A stretch of 64,000 bases of DNA from Pseudomonadota bacterium (GTDB lineage: Bacteria; Pseudomonadota; Alphaproteobacteria; UBA1280; RI-95): the NCBI GenBank assembly GCA_016125375.1, contig WGLU01000003.1:36954-100953 (forward strand). The letters are read 5' to 3'. The notes below the pieces were generated by a model that made no database searches, had not been told where the DNA came from, and saw nothing but the letters and a program-made list of their open reading frames with translations. Shown piece by piece: positions 1-8,817 of this stretch. Made by a program: the position numbers and the translations under genes. The first letter of the stretch is position 1, and each line of letters begins with the position of its first letter.

Positions 1-216
1 TTCCTCCTGTTGGTCCTGCCCGTATCACTGGCGGGTTGGGGACTGCGCGAAGGCGCTGCTGTTGGGCTTTTTACGCTGGCTGGCGTTATGGATGCACCTG
101 CGGCACTTGCGGTATCGCTTGTCTATGGTGTGGTGACGCTGGCAACGGCGGTGCCGGGGGGTGTCTTCTGGATAACTGACAGATCAAGGTTGGTTGCGGC
201 CAAAGATGTCAGGTAA
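1..216 (+). CDS. C-terminal fragment of a multi-TM protein of the lysylphosphatidylglycerol-synthase TM-region (MprF/flippase-like, UPF0104) family; the gene starts upstream of the window
   Basis: The frame is open from nt 1. The hydrophobic C-terminus with a 'GWGLREG' motif is typical of the TIGR00374-type TM domain. Confidence 0.4.
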   Translation, partial: FLLLVLPVSLAGWGLREGAAVGLFTLAGVMDAPAALAVSLVYGVVTLATAVPGGVFWITDRSRLVAAKDVR

Positions 217-272
217 AAACAAAGTGGCGGGGCAAAAACCCCGCCATTTGCGTTCAGGAAAATGTAAGGCGC

Positions 273-464
273 CTAAAACCTGCCGTCCGTCTGGTGCCGT
301 GCGGCGATGCGGTCTGTAAACCGCATGGGTTTTTCAGCTGGGGCTGCGGGGCGCTGTACGCTAAGCACATCTGCCTTGGCCTCGACGTTCTCTACCCAGC
401 CGAGCTTGCCTAAGGCATACGTGCCGAATATCGCAAAGAACGCAAATGTCAGGAGTGTGCGCAT
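273..464 (-). CDS. small hypothetical exported protein (63 aa)
   Basis: N-terminal hydrophobic signal-like segment 'LLTFAFFAIFGTYALG'. It sits in the gap before folC-like. No homology is recognised. Confidence 0.2.
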   Translation of the reverse strand: MRTLLTFAFFAIFGTYALGKLGWVENVEAKADVLSVQRPAAPAEKPMRFTDRIAARHQTDGRF

Positions 465-547
465 TCAGGGCCCTTTATTTTCTTTTTATCCCTTTTGCCG
501 GATAGGTTAGTATCTGGCCTTACACACCTTTATGGAGTCGTATACAA

Positions 548-1909
548 ATGGATAACGGACAGGCGTCAGACATGTTGGAAAACCAAATGAATGCGCCGTA
601 TATCAACGTACTGGACCAAATTGACCACGCGGCTGTTCTTGCCCCGCGTGTGGCACGTATTCGCCGACTGCGCGGCTACATCCGGCGTTTGTGGCCAAAT
701 GGTCACCCGACGCGTTTTGTCCATGTATCGGGCACCAATGGTAAGGGCTCGGTAAGCCGTTTTCTGGAAACCGGATTCTCCCTGCTCGGGACCGCTGGTT
801 CCTACACGGGGCCGCACCTGTACGACTACCGTGACCGTTTCAGCGTGAATGGCCGTGCCGTTACGCCGGCCGAAGTAACTCTGGCGTGGGAAGAGGTGGT
901 TTGGCCTCTGTGCGTGGAACTGGCAGAAACCAACCCGGAACATATCCCGGACTACAGCATGTGCGGCATTTTGCTGGCTCTGGTCCTGTTCGACCGCCGC
1001 GGTGTGCAATGGGCAGCCATGGAAACCGGATGCGGCGGCCGCTATGATGGCCGTATGGCGCTTGATGTCGAAGCGACCGTGCTGACCAACGTCGGCGACG
1101 ACCACCCGGGTACGCTGGGCGATACCCGCTGGCAGCGTGCCATCGAGAAGGCAGGTTCCGCCCGTAAAGACGTGCCTATGTTTATTGGCGATATTGAAGA
1201 TGAAGAGGGCGAGGCTGTTCGCCAGATATGCGCTCATATCGGCGCACCGCTGCATACCGTTGGCAAACGCCGTGCCCAGTCCCTGAGGGCGGAGCTTAAA
1301 GCGGCATACCCCAAGGGTCTGCCCGCTAACTCCATGCTGCACAGTGACCACCAGCTGGCCAATGCGGCACTCGCCATTTCCGTTGTTGCCCGTCTGGCGC
1401 CTCAGGTGAGCCGTCCGGACATGCTGGAAAAACTGGCAGGCATGACCTACGAAGGCCGATTCCAGCAAATTGAAAGCGGTGTCTATGTGGATGTGGCGCA
1501 CAACCCCAACAAGGTTGCCGCGCTGATGCATGATGTGCGTATCCGTTTGGGTAATGCCCGTGTGGCCTATGTGCTGGGGATGAGCGAAAGCCGCCATGCC
1601 GGTGCCATGTTTGCCGATCTGGCCGCGAGTGCCGTACACCTTGTTGTGACCGAGGGGAGCTTTAAAGCGACACCGGCAGAAGAGGTTGCGGCGATTATCC
1701 GGACCCTGAACCCTAAAATACCTGTGGAAGTGATTACCGACCCGCGCGCCGCTGTTGCCCGGGCCAAAGAGGTCAAACATCACGGTGGCGCGGATGCCGT
1801 TGTTGTGACAGGCTCTACCTATATGCTGGACGCCGCCTTCAATACCGACCCCTACATGCGCAAAATCAACAGCAGCTATGGCTGGCGGTTTGACAAACCT
1901 GCCGCCTGA
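548..1909 (+). CDS. Mur-ligase family protein, folylpolyglutamate synthase / dihydrofolate synthase-like (FolC-like)
   Basis: P-loop 'HVSGTNGKGSV' and 'METGCGGRYDG...VLTNVGDDHPGTLG' match the Mur ligase/FolC signature. Confidence 0.7.
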   Translation: MDNGQASDMLENQMNAPYINVLDQIDHAAVLAPRVARIRRLRGYIRRLWPNGHPTRFVHVSGTNGKGSVSRFLETGFSLLGTAGSYTGPHLYDYRDRFSVNGRAVTPAEVTLAWEEVVWPLCVELAETNPEHIPDYSMCGILLALVLFDRRGVQWAAMETGCGGRYDGRMALDVEATVLTNVGDDHPGTLGDTRWQRAIEKAGSARKDVPMFIGDIEDEEGEAVRQICAHIGAPLHTVGKRRAQSLRAELKAAYPKGLPANSMLHSDHQLANAALAISVVARLAPQVSRPDMLEKLAGMTYEGRFQQIESGVYVDVAHNPNKVAALMHDVRIRLGNARVAYVLGMSESRHAGAMFADLAASAVHLVVTEGSFKATPAEEVAAIIRTLNPKIPVEVITDPRAAVARAKEVKHHGGADAVVVTGSTYMLDAAFNTDPYMRKINSSYGWRFDKPAA

Positions 1910-2570
1910 GGCACTGCTCGCCCGGTGGCGCTGGCTGGATGCCCCGTACACGGCAGGCCGCGCCTGCGGCAGTGGTGATAGGTCTGTCCATACCTGTAAG
2001 CGTTCCGGTAAGCTGGCTCTGGCCAGTGTGCATGGCATTGCCCATTACAGCGGCCCTGCCGAGGATGACTACAAAAAACCCGATGCCTACACAGGTGGCC
2101 TGACCGAACTGGTTGCGGAGTTGGTCCCGTGCAGTGTTGTTGCCAACCGGCTGCGTGTGCCGGACATCAATCCTCATGCGGGCGAGGCCGAGGCAGAGCG
2201 GGTTCTCAAAGACTGGCAGCAACAAGGGGTGTGCCACATTCTGGATATTCATGGTGCCAAGGCCGATTGCGGTTTTGATATTGCCATAGGCACGGGTGGC
2301 GGCGTGACATCTGCACAACAGCCTATGATAGAACTGGTGGAAAAATGCGCCCGTGTACACGGCCTTGATTGTGCCCTGAATCCCCCTAATTATGCGGCCT
2401 TGGGGAGTGTTACCCTGACCCGCAGAATGCTGGATGCCAACTTTGATGGTATTTTACAGCTGGAAATATGCCGCACCAGCCGCCATCCTTTTAACGGAGA
2501 TCGGCGGGCGGCTACATTGGTGGCCTTCCTGACCCAGTTGGCAACCCTGTTAAATACCGAGAGTTTATGA
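1878..2570 (+). CDS. putative N-formylglutamate amidohydrolase-family (FGase-like) amidohydrolase; start uncertain (overlaps the folC-like 3' end by 32 nt)
   Basis: 'SVHGIAHY', 'ILDIHG' and 'LQLEICRTSRH' resemble FGase/HutG-family motifs (ScEHGG, DxHSM, lQiEinR). Confidence 0.35.
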   Translation: MAGGLTNLPPEALLARWRWLDAPYTAGRACGSGDRSVHTCKRSGKLALASVHGIAHYSGPAEDDYKKPDAYTGGLTELVAELVPCSVVANRLRVPDINPHAGEAEAERVLKDWQQQGVCHILDIHGAKADCGFDIAIGTGGGVTSAQQPMIELVEKCARVHGLDCALNPPNYAALGSVTLTRRMLDANFDGILQLEICRTSRHPFNGDRRAATLVAFLTQLATLLNTESL

Positions 2571-4201
2571 GCACAAAATCCACAGACTGGTGGCGTGGCG
2601 CCGTTATTTACCAAATCTATCCCCGCAGCTTTGCCGACAGTAACGGCGACGGTGTGGGCGACCTCAAAGGCATTACCGATAAACTGGACTATGTGGCCGC
2701 TCTGGGCGTGGACGGTATCTGGATTTCCCCCTTCTTCAAGTCACCGATGAAAGACTTCGGGTACGATGTTTCCAGTCATCGGGACGTCGACCCCATTTTC
2801 GGGACGAACGACGACTTTGATATTCTGCTGGCACGTGCCCATGAGTTGGGGCTAAAGGTTGTGATCGACCTCGTGCTCAGTCACACGTCGGAGGAACATC
2901 CGTGGTTCGTGGAGAGCCGAAAGGACCGGACAAATCCCAAGGCCGACTGGTATGTTTGGGCCGATCCGAAGCCGGACGGCAGCCCGCCCAACAACTGGTT
3001 CAGTGTGTTTGGCGGCAGTGCCTGGCAATGGGAACCCCGCCGTCAGCAGTATTATCTGCACAATTATCTGGTCAGCCAGCCGGACGTGAACTTCCATTGT
3101 CCTGCGGCCGTTGATGCGGTGATGGCGGATATGGAGTACTGGCTGCAAAAAGGGGTGGACGGTTTCCGCTTCGATGTGGTCAACGTCTATACCCACGATA
3201 AAGAAATGCGCGACAACCCGGCCCGCAAAGCCAGTGACCCGTCGTTCGATAACATCAGCAGCAACAACCCCTATACGTATCAGCGGCATCTTTATGACAA
3301 GTCGCGTCCGGAGAACCTGAAAATCCTGAACCGGATGCGGGCGCTGATGGATAAATACGGCGCATCCTCGGTCGGGGAGATTTCCGACGATGACAGCATC
3401 AACCGCGCTGCGGAATACACCGCTGGCAAAGGCCGTCTGCACATGGCCTATAACACCTACATGCTGCGTGACAAGTTTGGTGCTGCGCTGGTGGCTGACG
3501 GGATTAAACTGACCGAGGCAGCCTTTACCGACGGCTGGCCCAGCTGGTCGTTCGGTAACCACGATGTGCCGCGCGTAGCAACACGCTGGGGGGGCGAAGA
3601 CCCGTCCGGCGGTTTTCTAAGGGCATTGCTGGCATTGCAGCTTGCCTTGCGTGGTTCGGTCTTCATTTATCAGGGCGAGGAGCTTGGTCTGCCGGATGTG
3701 GATGTGCCTTACCACCTGTTGCGGGACCCGTTCGGCAAGACCTTCTGGCCCGAGTACAAGGGGCGGGACGGTTGCCGCACACCCATGCCGTGGATTGGTC
3801 ATGCAGAACAGGCCGGCTTTACCACGGGTCAGCCGTGGCTGCCGATACCGGACGAACACCGGGCCCGGGCAGTAGAGGTGCAGGAGGCCGATGAAGGGGC
3901 ACTGCTCCATGCCTACCGGCATATGCTCAAGTGGCGTAAAACCAGACCCGAACTGGTTACGGGCAGTATCAGGTTGGTTGGTGTGGAAGAGCCGCTGATC
4001 GCCTTTACCCGAACATACGGCAGTACGGAGCTGTTGGTGGTTATCAATCTTGGTCCTAGTGCCACCACATACAATGTAACGGATATTGGCGCACTGACGC
4101 CTGTCACAGACCACGGCCTGCCACAAGGCAAGCAGAACGGAAACCGTCTGGAACTGGGCGGTTACGAAGTGTTTTTCGCAACCCTGAAGAAGGAGAAGTA
4201 A
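2567..4201 (+). CDS. aglA: GH13 alpha-glucosidase / oligo-1,6-glucosidase
   Basis: N-terminal 'WWRGAVIYQIYPRSFADSNGDGVGDLKGI...GVDGIWISPFF' is the canonical alpha-amylase-family signature. 544 aa. Confidence 0.85.
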   Translation: MSTKSTDWWRGAVIYQIYPRSFADSNGDGVGDLKGITDKLDYVAALGVDGIWISPFFKSPMKDFGYDVSSHRDVDPIFGTNDDFDILLARAHELGLKVVIDLVLSHTSEEHPWFVESRKDRTNPKADWYVWADPKPDGSPPNNWFSVFGGSAWQWEPRRQQYYLHNYLVSQPDVNFHCPAAVDAVMADMEYWLQKGVDGFRFDVVNVYTHDKEMRDNPARKASDPSFDNISSNNPYTYQRHLYDKSRPENLKILNRMRALMDKYGASSVGEISDDDSINRAAEYTAGKGRLHMAYNTYMLRDKFGAALVADGIKLTEAAFTDGWPSWSFGNHDVPRVATRWGGEDPSGGFLRALLALQLALRGSVFIYQGEELGLPDVDVPYHLLRDPFGKTFWPEYKGRDGCRTPMPWIGHAEQAGFTTGQPWLPIPDEHRARAVEVQEADEGALLHAYRHMLKWRKTRPELVTGSIRLVGVEEPLIAFTRTYGSTELLVVINLGPSATTYNVTDIGALTPVTDHGLPQGKQNGNRLELGGYEVFFATLKKEK

Positions 4202-4202
4202 C

Positions 4203-5132
4203 ATGACGCATCTGGTCGCAGATTTGGGCGGTACCAACATCCGCCTGGCACTGGCAACCGAAGATGGTCTGAAGAAAGGCTCCACCCGACGCTATGCGGT
4301 GGCGGATTTCGCCAGTCTGGAAGATACATGCCGCGCTTATTTGAAGGGTATTGGCCATAGTGGCAAGGTTGGCAAAGCCTGTCTGGCTGTTGCCGCGCCC
4401 GTGCAGGAAGGCAAGGTACGGATGACAAACCACCACTGGCGGTTCAGCCGCCGTAGCGTGTGTGCGGCCGTCGGTGCCTCCAAAACGGTTTTCCTGAACG
4501 ACTGGGAGGCGATTGGTTATGGTGCATCCCTGCTGACACCGGACCACTATGTCGATTTGCTGGATGGCAGGCCCGTGCGCGAGGGCTGTGTTGTCATGTG
4601 CGGTCCCGGTACGGGGTTGGGTACGGTGATTGTCCATCCGGTTAACGGTCATCCGACAGTGATTCCATCCGAAGCGGCGCACATGACTTTTACACCGCGC
4701 AGTCCGCACCAGAAACTGATCGGGGAGTTCCTCAAGGCCAAGTTCGGCCACGTATCGTGGGAGCGTGTCCTCTCCGGTCCCGGTCTGGCGGATGCCTATC
4801 AGGCACTGTCCGGCGAGCGGACCTCGCCCGAAGATGTGACGCGCCGGGCACAAACTGGCGAGCAGTTGGCGCTCAAGGTTGTGGAGATTTTTGCCGAGAG
4901 CCTGGCCCACTACGCTGCCAACCTGACATTGACTGTTCTTGCACAGGGCGGTGTTTATCTGGGTGGGGGGGTGCTGCCGCACATCCGGCCCCTGATTAAT
5001 ATCCGTGCCTTCGATCAGGCCTTTACCGACAAGGGCCGTTACGCCAAGTACCTGACCACCATCCCTGTGAGGGTGCTGACAACGCCGGAGCCTGCACTTA
5101 TCGGGGCTGCGGGTTACCTGCACAGAATGTAA
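4203..5132 (+). CDS. glk: glucokinase
   Basis: 'LVADLGGTNIRLALA' ATP-binding motif and Glk-like length (309 aa). It is translationally adjacent to aglA. Confidence 0.8.
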   Translation: MTHLVADLGGTNIRLALATEDGLKKGSTRRYAVADFASLEDTCRAYLKGIGHSGKVGKACLAVAAPVQEGKVRMTNHHWRFSRRSVCAAVGASKTVFLNDWEAIGYGASLLTPDHYVDLLDGRPVREGCVVMCGPGTGLGTVIVHPVNGHPTVIPSEAAHMTFTPRSPHQKLIGEFLKAKFGHVSWERVLSGPGLADAYQALSGERTSPEDVTRRAQTGEQLALKVVEIFAESLAHYAANLTLTVLAQGGVYLGGGVLPHIRPLINIRAFDQAFTDKGRYAKYLTTIPVRVLTTPEPALIGAAGYLHRM

Positions 5133-5162
5133 AAAAACCGCCCCTTCCGGGGCGGTTTTTCC
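5131..5162. terminator. bidirectional rho-independent terminator (glk / exonuclease gene)
   Basis: A7-ccgcccc-ttcc-ggggcgg-T5 hairpin between convergent genes. Confidence 0.7.
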
Positions 5163-5163
5163 G

Positions 5164-5805
5164 TTAGAACAGACCGCCGATCAGCAGGCCGAGCGCCAAA
5201 GCGCCTACCAGCCAGAACCAGCGGTTGCGGTAGAAGGTACCGGCCTTGCGGACATAGCGCAGCATCTCGACCGAGTTGGCGATGTCCTCGCGCGCGTCGT
5301 GCTGGGCACGGCTGCGGCCAAGGAACGTGACATGATCGTCGGAGCTGGCCAGATCGAAGGCCACAAAGCCCGCGGTGAAGGCATCCACCTGGCGGGTGAT
5401 GATGGCACCGCGGAAGCCGATCTCTGCGAACAGCTGGCGCAGGTAGGCCGTGTCGAAGTTGGGATTGTGCGCGCCGATGAGGATCTTCGGCTTGGCGCCC
5501 ATGTGCTTCTCGAGGAAGTCGACCACCATGCGGGCCGCTTCGGCCAGCGTCGGCTTGTCGGACAGGCCCTGAATGCTCAGGCCGTGAACCAGCGCAGCCT
5601 CGACGCTCCAGTTGAAGCGGGTGGCGTCGAACTGGATCTCGGTATAGAAGCGGTGGGCCGTCTTGAGGGTCTTGGTGTCCACCAGCTCGATGGCGATGCT
5701 GATGCACTGACCCGGCAGCGTTGCGCCCTTGGAGGGCTTGTCGGGATTGAGGTCGGAGGACTCCACGTCCAGCGCCACAATGAAGGGCGGAAGGGTGTAG
5801 GCCAT
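5164..5805 (-). CDS. DEDDh 3'-5' exonuclease (DnaQ/RNase T-like) with a predicted C-terminal transmembrane anchor
   Basis: Start taken at 'MAYTLPPFIVALDVESSD' (Exo I motif). 'HNPNFD' and 'H-x4-D' ('HDAREDIANS') motifs are present. Hydrophobic C-terminus 'WFWLVGALALGLLIGGLF'. Confidence 0.6.
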   Translation of the reverse strand: MAYTLPPFIVALDVESSDLNPDKPSKGATLPGQCISIAIELVDTKTLKTAHRFYTEIQFDATRFNWSVEAALVHGLSIQGLSDKPTLAEAARMVVDFLEKHMGAKPKILIGAHNPNFDTAYLRQLFAEIGFRGAIITRQVDAFTAGFVAFDLASSDDHVTFLGRSRAQHDAREDIANSVEMLRYVRKAGTFYRNRWFWLVGALALGLLIGGLF

Positions 5806-5919
5806 GTTGAATATCCTGTATGTGTCAGGAACAGAGGTTCCGAAAGGGACGAAAAGGAAAGGATAGGTTATTCTGTACGAAACAGAGTCCGAACGTACCA
5901 CAAACAAAAAGCACCCACA

Positions 5920-6858
5920 ATGCTCGTACGCCTGCTGCTCCCGCTTTTGCTTTGTCTGTTCGCACAGACGGCATACGCGCGCCAGCTGGGCTGGAAGGCC
6001 GATACCAGCGGCTACTACGCCCGCTATACCATCAGCTGGCAGGACTTTGCCGGCCAGTCGCAAACGCTCTCGTTCGAGGTGGAAAACAATTACGTCGAGC
6101 AGGCGCAGCAGGACTCTCGCAAACTGGATACCCGCGCCGCCATGCAGGCAGCTTACGTAAAAGCCGTGAAAGAAGCGCGACGTGCCGAGCGCAAGGGGGT
6201 TTCCGTACAGGTTATTCCCAACGGCGGGAACCTCAGCTTTCAGGCTTCAGGTCCTGACGAACGGACGGTTGACCGGGAGCTGGAGCGCATCCGCCGTCTT
6301 GCCAACAAGGAAATGGAAAGCTACCTGCAGGAGCATAACTACACGATAGAAGGCAACGCGATAGAAACGGATTATGCAAAAGTTTCCCGTGCCAACTACT
6401 TTGCCATGCGGCCGCTTGCCCGGGCGATTCAGGAGCAGACGCGGGGTATGGATATGCGCAGCGTGATGGACTACACCCTCGCGTTTTTGCAGAGCATTCC
6501 CTACAGCACCTATCAGCCGCGACCGGGTGACCGGACGACCGCTATCTTCAATACGCCTTTGAGGTTGATTGCCAATAACAAGGGCGATTGCGACGATAAG
6601 AGCCTCGCATTTGGGACGCTCCTTAAAATCATGTATCCATCTTTGACTATCGCCTTGGTGCTTGTGCCCGAACATGCCTTTGTGGCTGTGGAGGTGCCGA
6701 CGCAACCCGGTGATACGATTTTGCGCGATGGCGGCCATACCTATGTATTGGCCGAGCCTGTGGGGCCGGACTATTACGCCTTTGGCCGTATTGCCGCATC
6801 CAGTGCCCAGTTGACCAGGCAGGGGTATACCTTAAGGCCTGTTCCTGACCGCTATTGA
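5920..6858 (+). CDS. secreted hypothetical protein with a possible transglutaminase-like Cys-His fold
   Basis: Signal peptide 'MLVRLLLPLLLCLFAQTAYA'. Motif order 'GDCDDKSLAF ... PEHAFVAV ... GGHTYVLAEP'. Start chosen at an in-frame ATG inside a longer six-frame ORF. Confidence 0.4.
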   Translation: MLVRLLLPLLLCLFAQTAYARQLGWKADTSGYYARYTISWQDFAGQSQTLSFEVENNYVEQAQQDSRKLDTRAAMQAAYVKAVKEARRAERKGVSVQVIPNGGNLSFQASGPDERTVDRELERIRRLANKEMESYLQEHNYTIEGNAIETDYAKVSRANYFAMRPLARAIQEQTRGMDMRSVMDYTLAFLQSIPYSTYQPRPGDRTTAIFNTPLRLIANNKGDCDDKSLAFGTLLKIMYPSLTIALVLVPEHAFVAVEVPTQPGDTILRDGGHTYVLAEPVGPDYYAFGRIAASSAQLTRQGYTLRPVPDRY

Positions 6859-6937
6859 TTCCCCGTCTGCGCTCCGCTACACTGCGCCGACTTCTTTCCG
6901 CTGTTCCTTTTCTCCTTCTCCGTGATGGGAGGACGCT

Positions 6938-7765
6938 ATGTCCGATCCCTATACCGTACTGGGCATCAAACCCGGTGCGTCCGAGGCCGATATCAAGGCC
7001 GCATGGCGCCGCTTGGCGCAGCAATATCACCCTGACCGTAATCAGGGCAGCAAAGCCGCCGAGGACAAATTCAAGGAAATCCAGGCTGCCTACGACCTGC
7101 TGAAGAAGGCGGGCTACAAGCCGTCGTCCGGCACCACAGGTGCTACGGCAGGCCAACAGATGGAAGGGTTTTCCTTCTCCGCTGCCGAAATCGAGGCGCT
7201 GGACAGCATCATCCGCCATACGGGTGCCGTGCCCAACGTGTACAGCCGTATGCATGCCTTGCAGCTGTGCATCGAAAGTGGTGCGCTGTGGGCCGAACGG
7301 ATGGCCAGCAATGCCTCTGCGAAGATGTGCTACACCGAGCGGGGGCTGTTTGGCCGGACGTTTACCTACAACGTTCACGACTTTGCGGCTTCCTATGTTT
7401 CCCAGCTGGGGACGCATGGCGGTACCTTTGTGCCGCTGGGTGCGCTGAGCGATCGTGGCCGTGCGACGTTGCCCAGCCTGTGCAGGCTCGCCCGTCAACC
7501 GGTGACGCCAGCCGCACAGCGGCACGCTGCCGGTATGCTCATCCAGCTGACGGCTGAAATGATGAGCCGTCACGCCAAGGGGGGGGATGTCTTCCTGCGT
7601 GTGCCTACCGGCGACGGTAATGCCATCCTTTACCGGATGCCGCTGTGGACGTGGATGACGGAATCTCTCAACGCCAAGGCGAGTGACTGGCAAAAGACCA
7701 GTCCCCACAAAAGAACGTGGTGGCGCGCGCTTATGGTCATCGCCGGATTGAAAATAAAACCCTGA
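6938..7765 (+). CDS. J-domain (DnaJ-like) protein with an uncharacterised C-terminal domain
   Basis: N-terminal '[33 protein letters not shown]' is a canonical J domain with HPD. No zinc-finger or Gly/Phe region follows. Confidence 0.7.
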   Translation: MSDPYTVLGIKPGASEADIKAAWRRLAQQYHPDRNQGSKAAEDKFKEIQAAYDLLKKAGYKPSSGTTGATAGQQMEGFSFSAAEIEALDSIIRHTGAVPNVYSRMHALQLCIESGALWAERMASNASAKMCYTERGLFGRTFTYNVHDFAASYVSQLGTHGGTFVPLGALSDRGRATLPSLCRLARQPVTPAAQRHAAGMLIQLTAEMMSRHAKGGDVFLRVPTGDGNAILYRMPLWTWMTESLNAKASDWQKTSPHKRTWWRALMVIAGLKIKP

Positions 7766-7773
7766 CAAACGAT

Positions 7774-7803
7774 AAACCACCCCGTGCAGGGGTGGTTTTT
7801 TTA
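7774..7803 (+). terminator. rho-independent terminator after the J-domain gene
   Basis: aaccacccc-gtgca-ggggtggtt followed by T7. Confidence 0.7.
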
Positions 7804-7833
7804 TGATATGTACACAAAAGCGATACTTGGGCG

Positions 7834-7862
7834 TTGACAGGGGCAACCCTTTCGCCTATACA
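7834..7862 (+). promoter_or_regulatory. sigma70-like promoter for rplU-rpmA
   Basis: TTGACA, 17 nt spacer, TATACA, about 75 nt upstream of the rplU ATG. Confidence 0.5.
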
Positions 7863-7937
7863 AGCTAGACCGAGCGAGGGCTCGAAGCGCGTTTTATCGC
7901 GGTTTTATAACGATTTTTAAGCAAGAGTGATTTGAAG

Positions 7938-8447
7938 ATGTACGCAATCGTCAAATGTGGTGGCAAACAGATCAAGGTGCAGGCGGGCGACATTCTGCGT
8001 GTAGAGCGCATGGAAAGCACCCCGGGTGAAGTCGTAACCCTGGACCAAGTCCTGCTGGTCGGCGAAGGTGATAAAGTAACCGTGGGTACCCCGCTGGTAA
8101 GTGGCGCTAAAGTTTCTGCCGCTGTTATCGACCAGATTCGCGACAAGAAAGTCATCATTTTCAAGAAAAAACGCCGTCAGAACTACCGCCGCAAAAAAGG
8201 CCATCGCCAGTTCCTGACCGTGCTGCATGTTACCGAAATCGCTGCTGGTGGCAAAACTGCCAAGTCCGAGCGTAAGGTAGAAGTTAAGGCAGCTGCCGCC
8301 AAGCCTGCAAAGGCTGCTGCAGCTAAAGCAGCTAAACCGGCCGCCGCCAAGGCTGCCGCTCCGGCCAAAAAGGCCGCTGCTGCCGAAAAAACAACCGCTA
8401 CAGCTAAAAAGCCTGCCGCTAAAAAAGCAGCAGCTAAAAAAGCTTAA
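7938..8447 (+). CDS. rplU: 50S ribosomal protein L21 with a C-terminal Ala/Lys/Pro-rich extension
   Basis: 'MYAIVKCGGKQIKVQAGD...' is conserved L21. It is followed by a low-complexity tail of about 65 aa (AAKPAKAAAAKAAK...). Confidence 0.85.
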   Translation: MYAIVKCGGKQIKVQAGDILRVERMESTPGEVVTLDQVLLVGEGDKVTVGTPLVSGAKVSAAVIDQIRDKKVIIFKKKRRQNYRRKKGHRQFLTVLHVTEIAAGGKTAKSERKVEVKAAAAKPAKAAAAKAAKPAAAKAAAPAKKAAAAEKTTATAKKPAAKKAAAKKA

Positions 8448-8483
8448 GTAGTGTTGGCATAAGTTTTAAAGGAGAGTTGACCG

Positions 8484-8732
8484 ATGGCTCATAAAAAAGC
8501 TGGTGGTAGTTCCAAAAACGGCCGCGACTCCGCTGGTCGTCGTCTGGGTGTAAAAAAATTCGGTGGCGAAGCTGTTGTCCCCGGTAACATCATCGTCCGT
8601 CAGCGTGGCACCAAGTTCCACCCTGGCACCAACGTAGGCATGGGCAAGGATCACACCCTGTTCGCCCTGTCTGCTGGCGAAGTGAAGTTCGAAACCGGTT
8701 ACAAAAACCGCACGTTCATCACCATCGTCTAA
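8484..8732 (+). CDS. rpmA: 50S ribosomal protein L27
   Basis: '[24 protein letters not shown]' is the canonical L27 N-terminus. Confidence 0.9.
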   Translation: MAHKKAGGSSKNGRDSAGRRLGVKKFGGEAVVPGNIIVRQRGTKFHPGTNVGMGKDHTLFALSAGEVKFETGYKNRTFITIV

Positions 8733-8817
8733 GTCTGGACGCTTGACAGATTGCAAGGGGGTCACTTAAGGTGGCCTCCTTTTGCGTGTCAGGCAACCGG
8801 CTATTGGAGGGTGAAAA

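Noticed and set aside
566-2038. 490-aa minus-strand ORF antisense to the folC-like gene
   Set aside because: Arg/Gly/His-rich composition typical of antisense frames in high-GC DNA. It fully overlaps a well-supported gene.
8250-8447. Ala/Lys/Pro tandem repeats as a possible separate histone-like gene or DNA repeat element
   Set aside because: The repeats are in frame and continuous with the L21 core. This is a C-terminal tail, not an independent feature.
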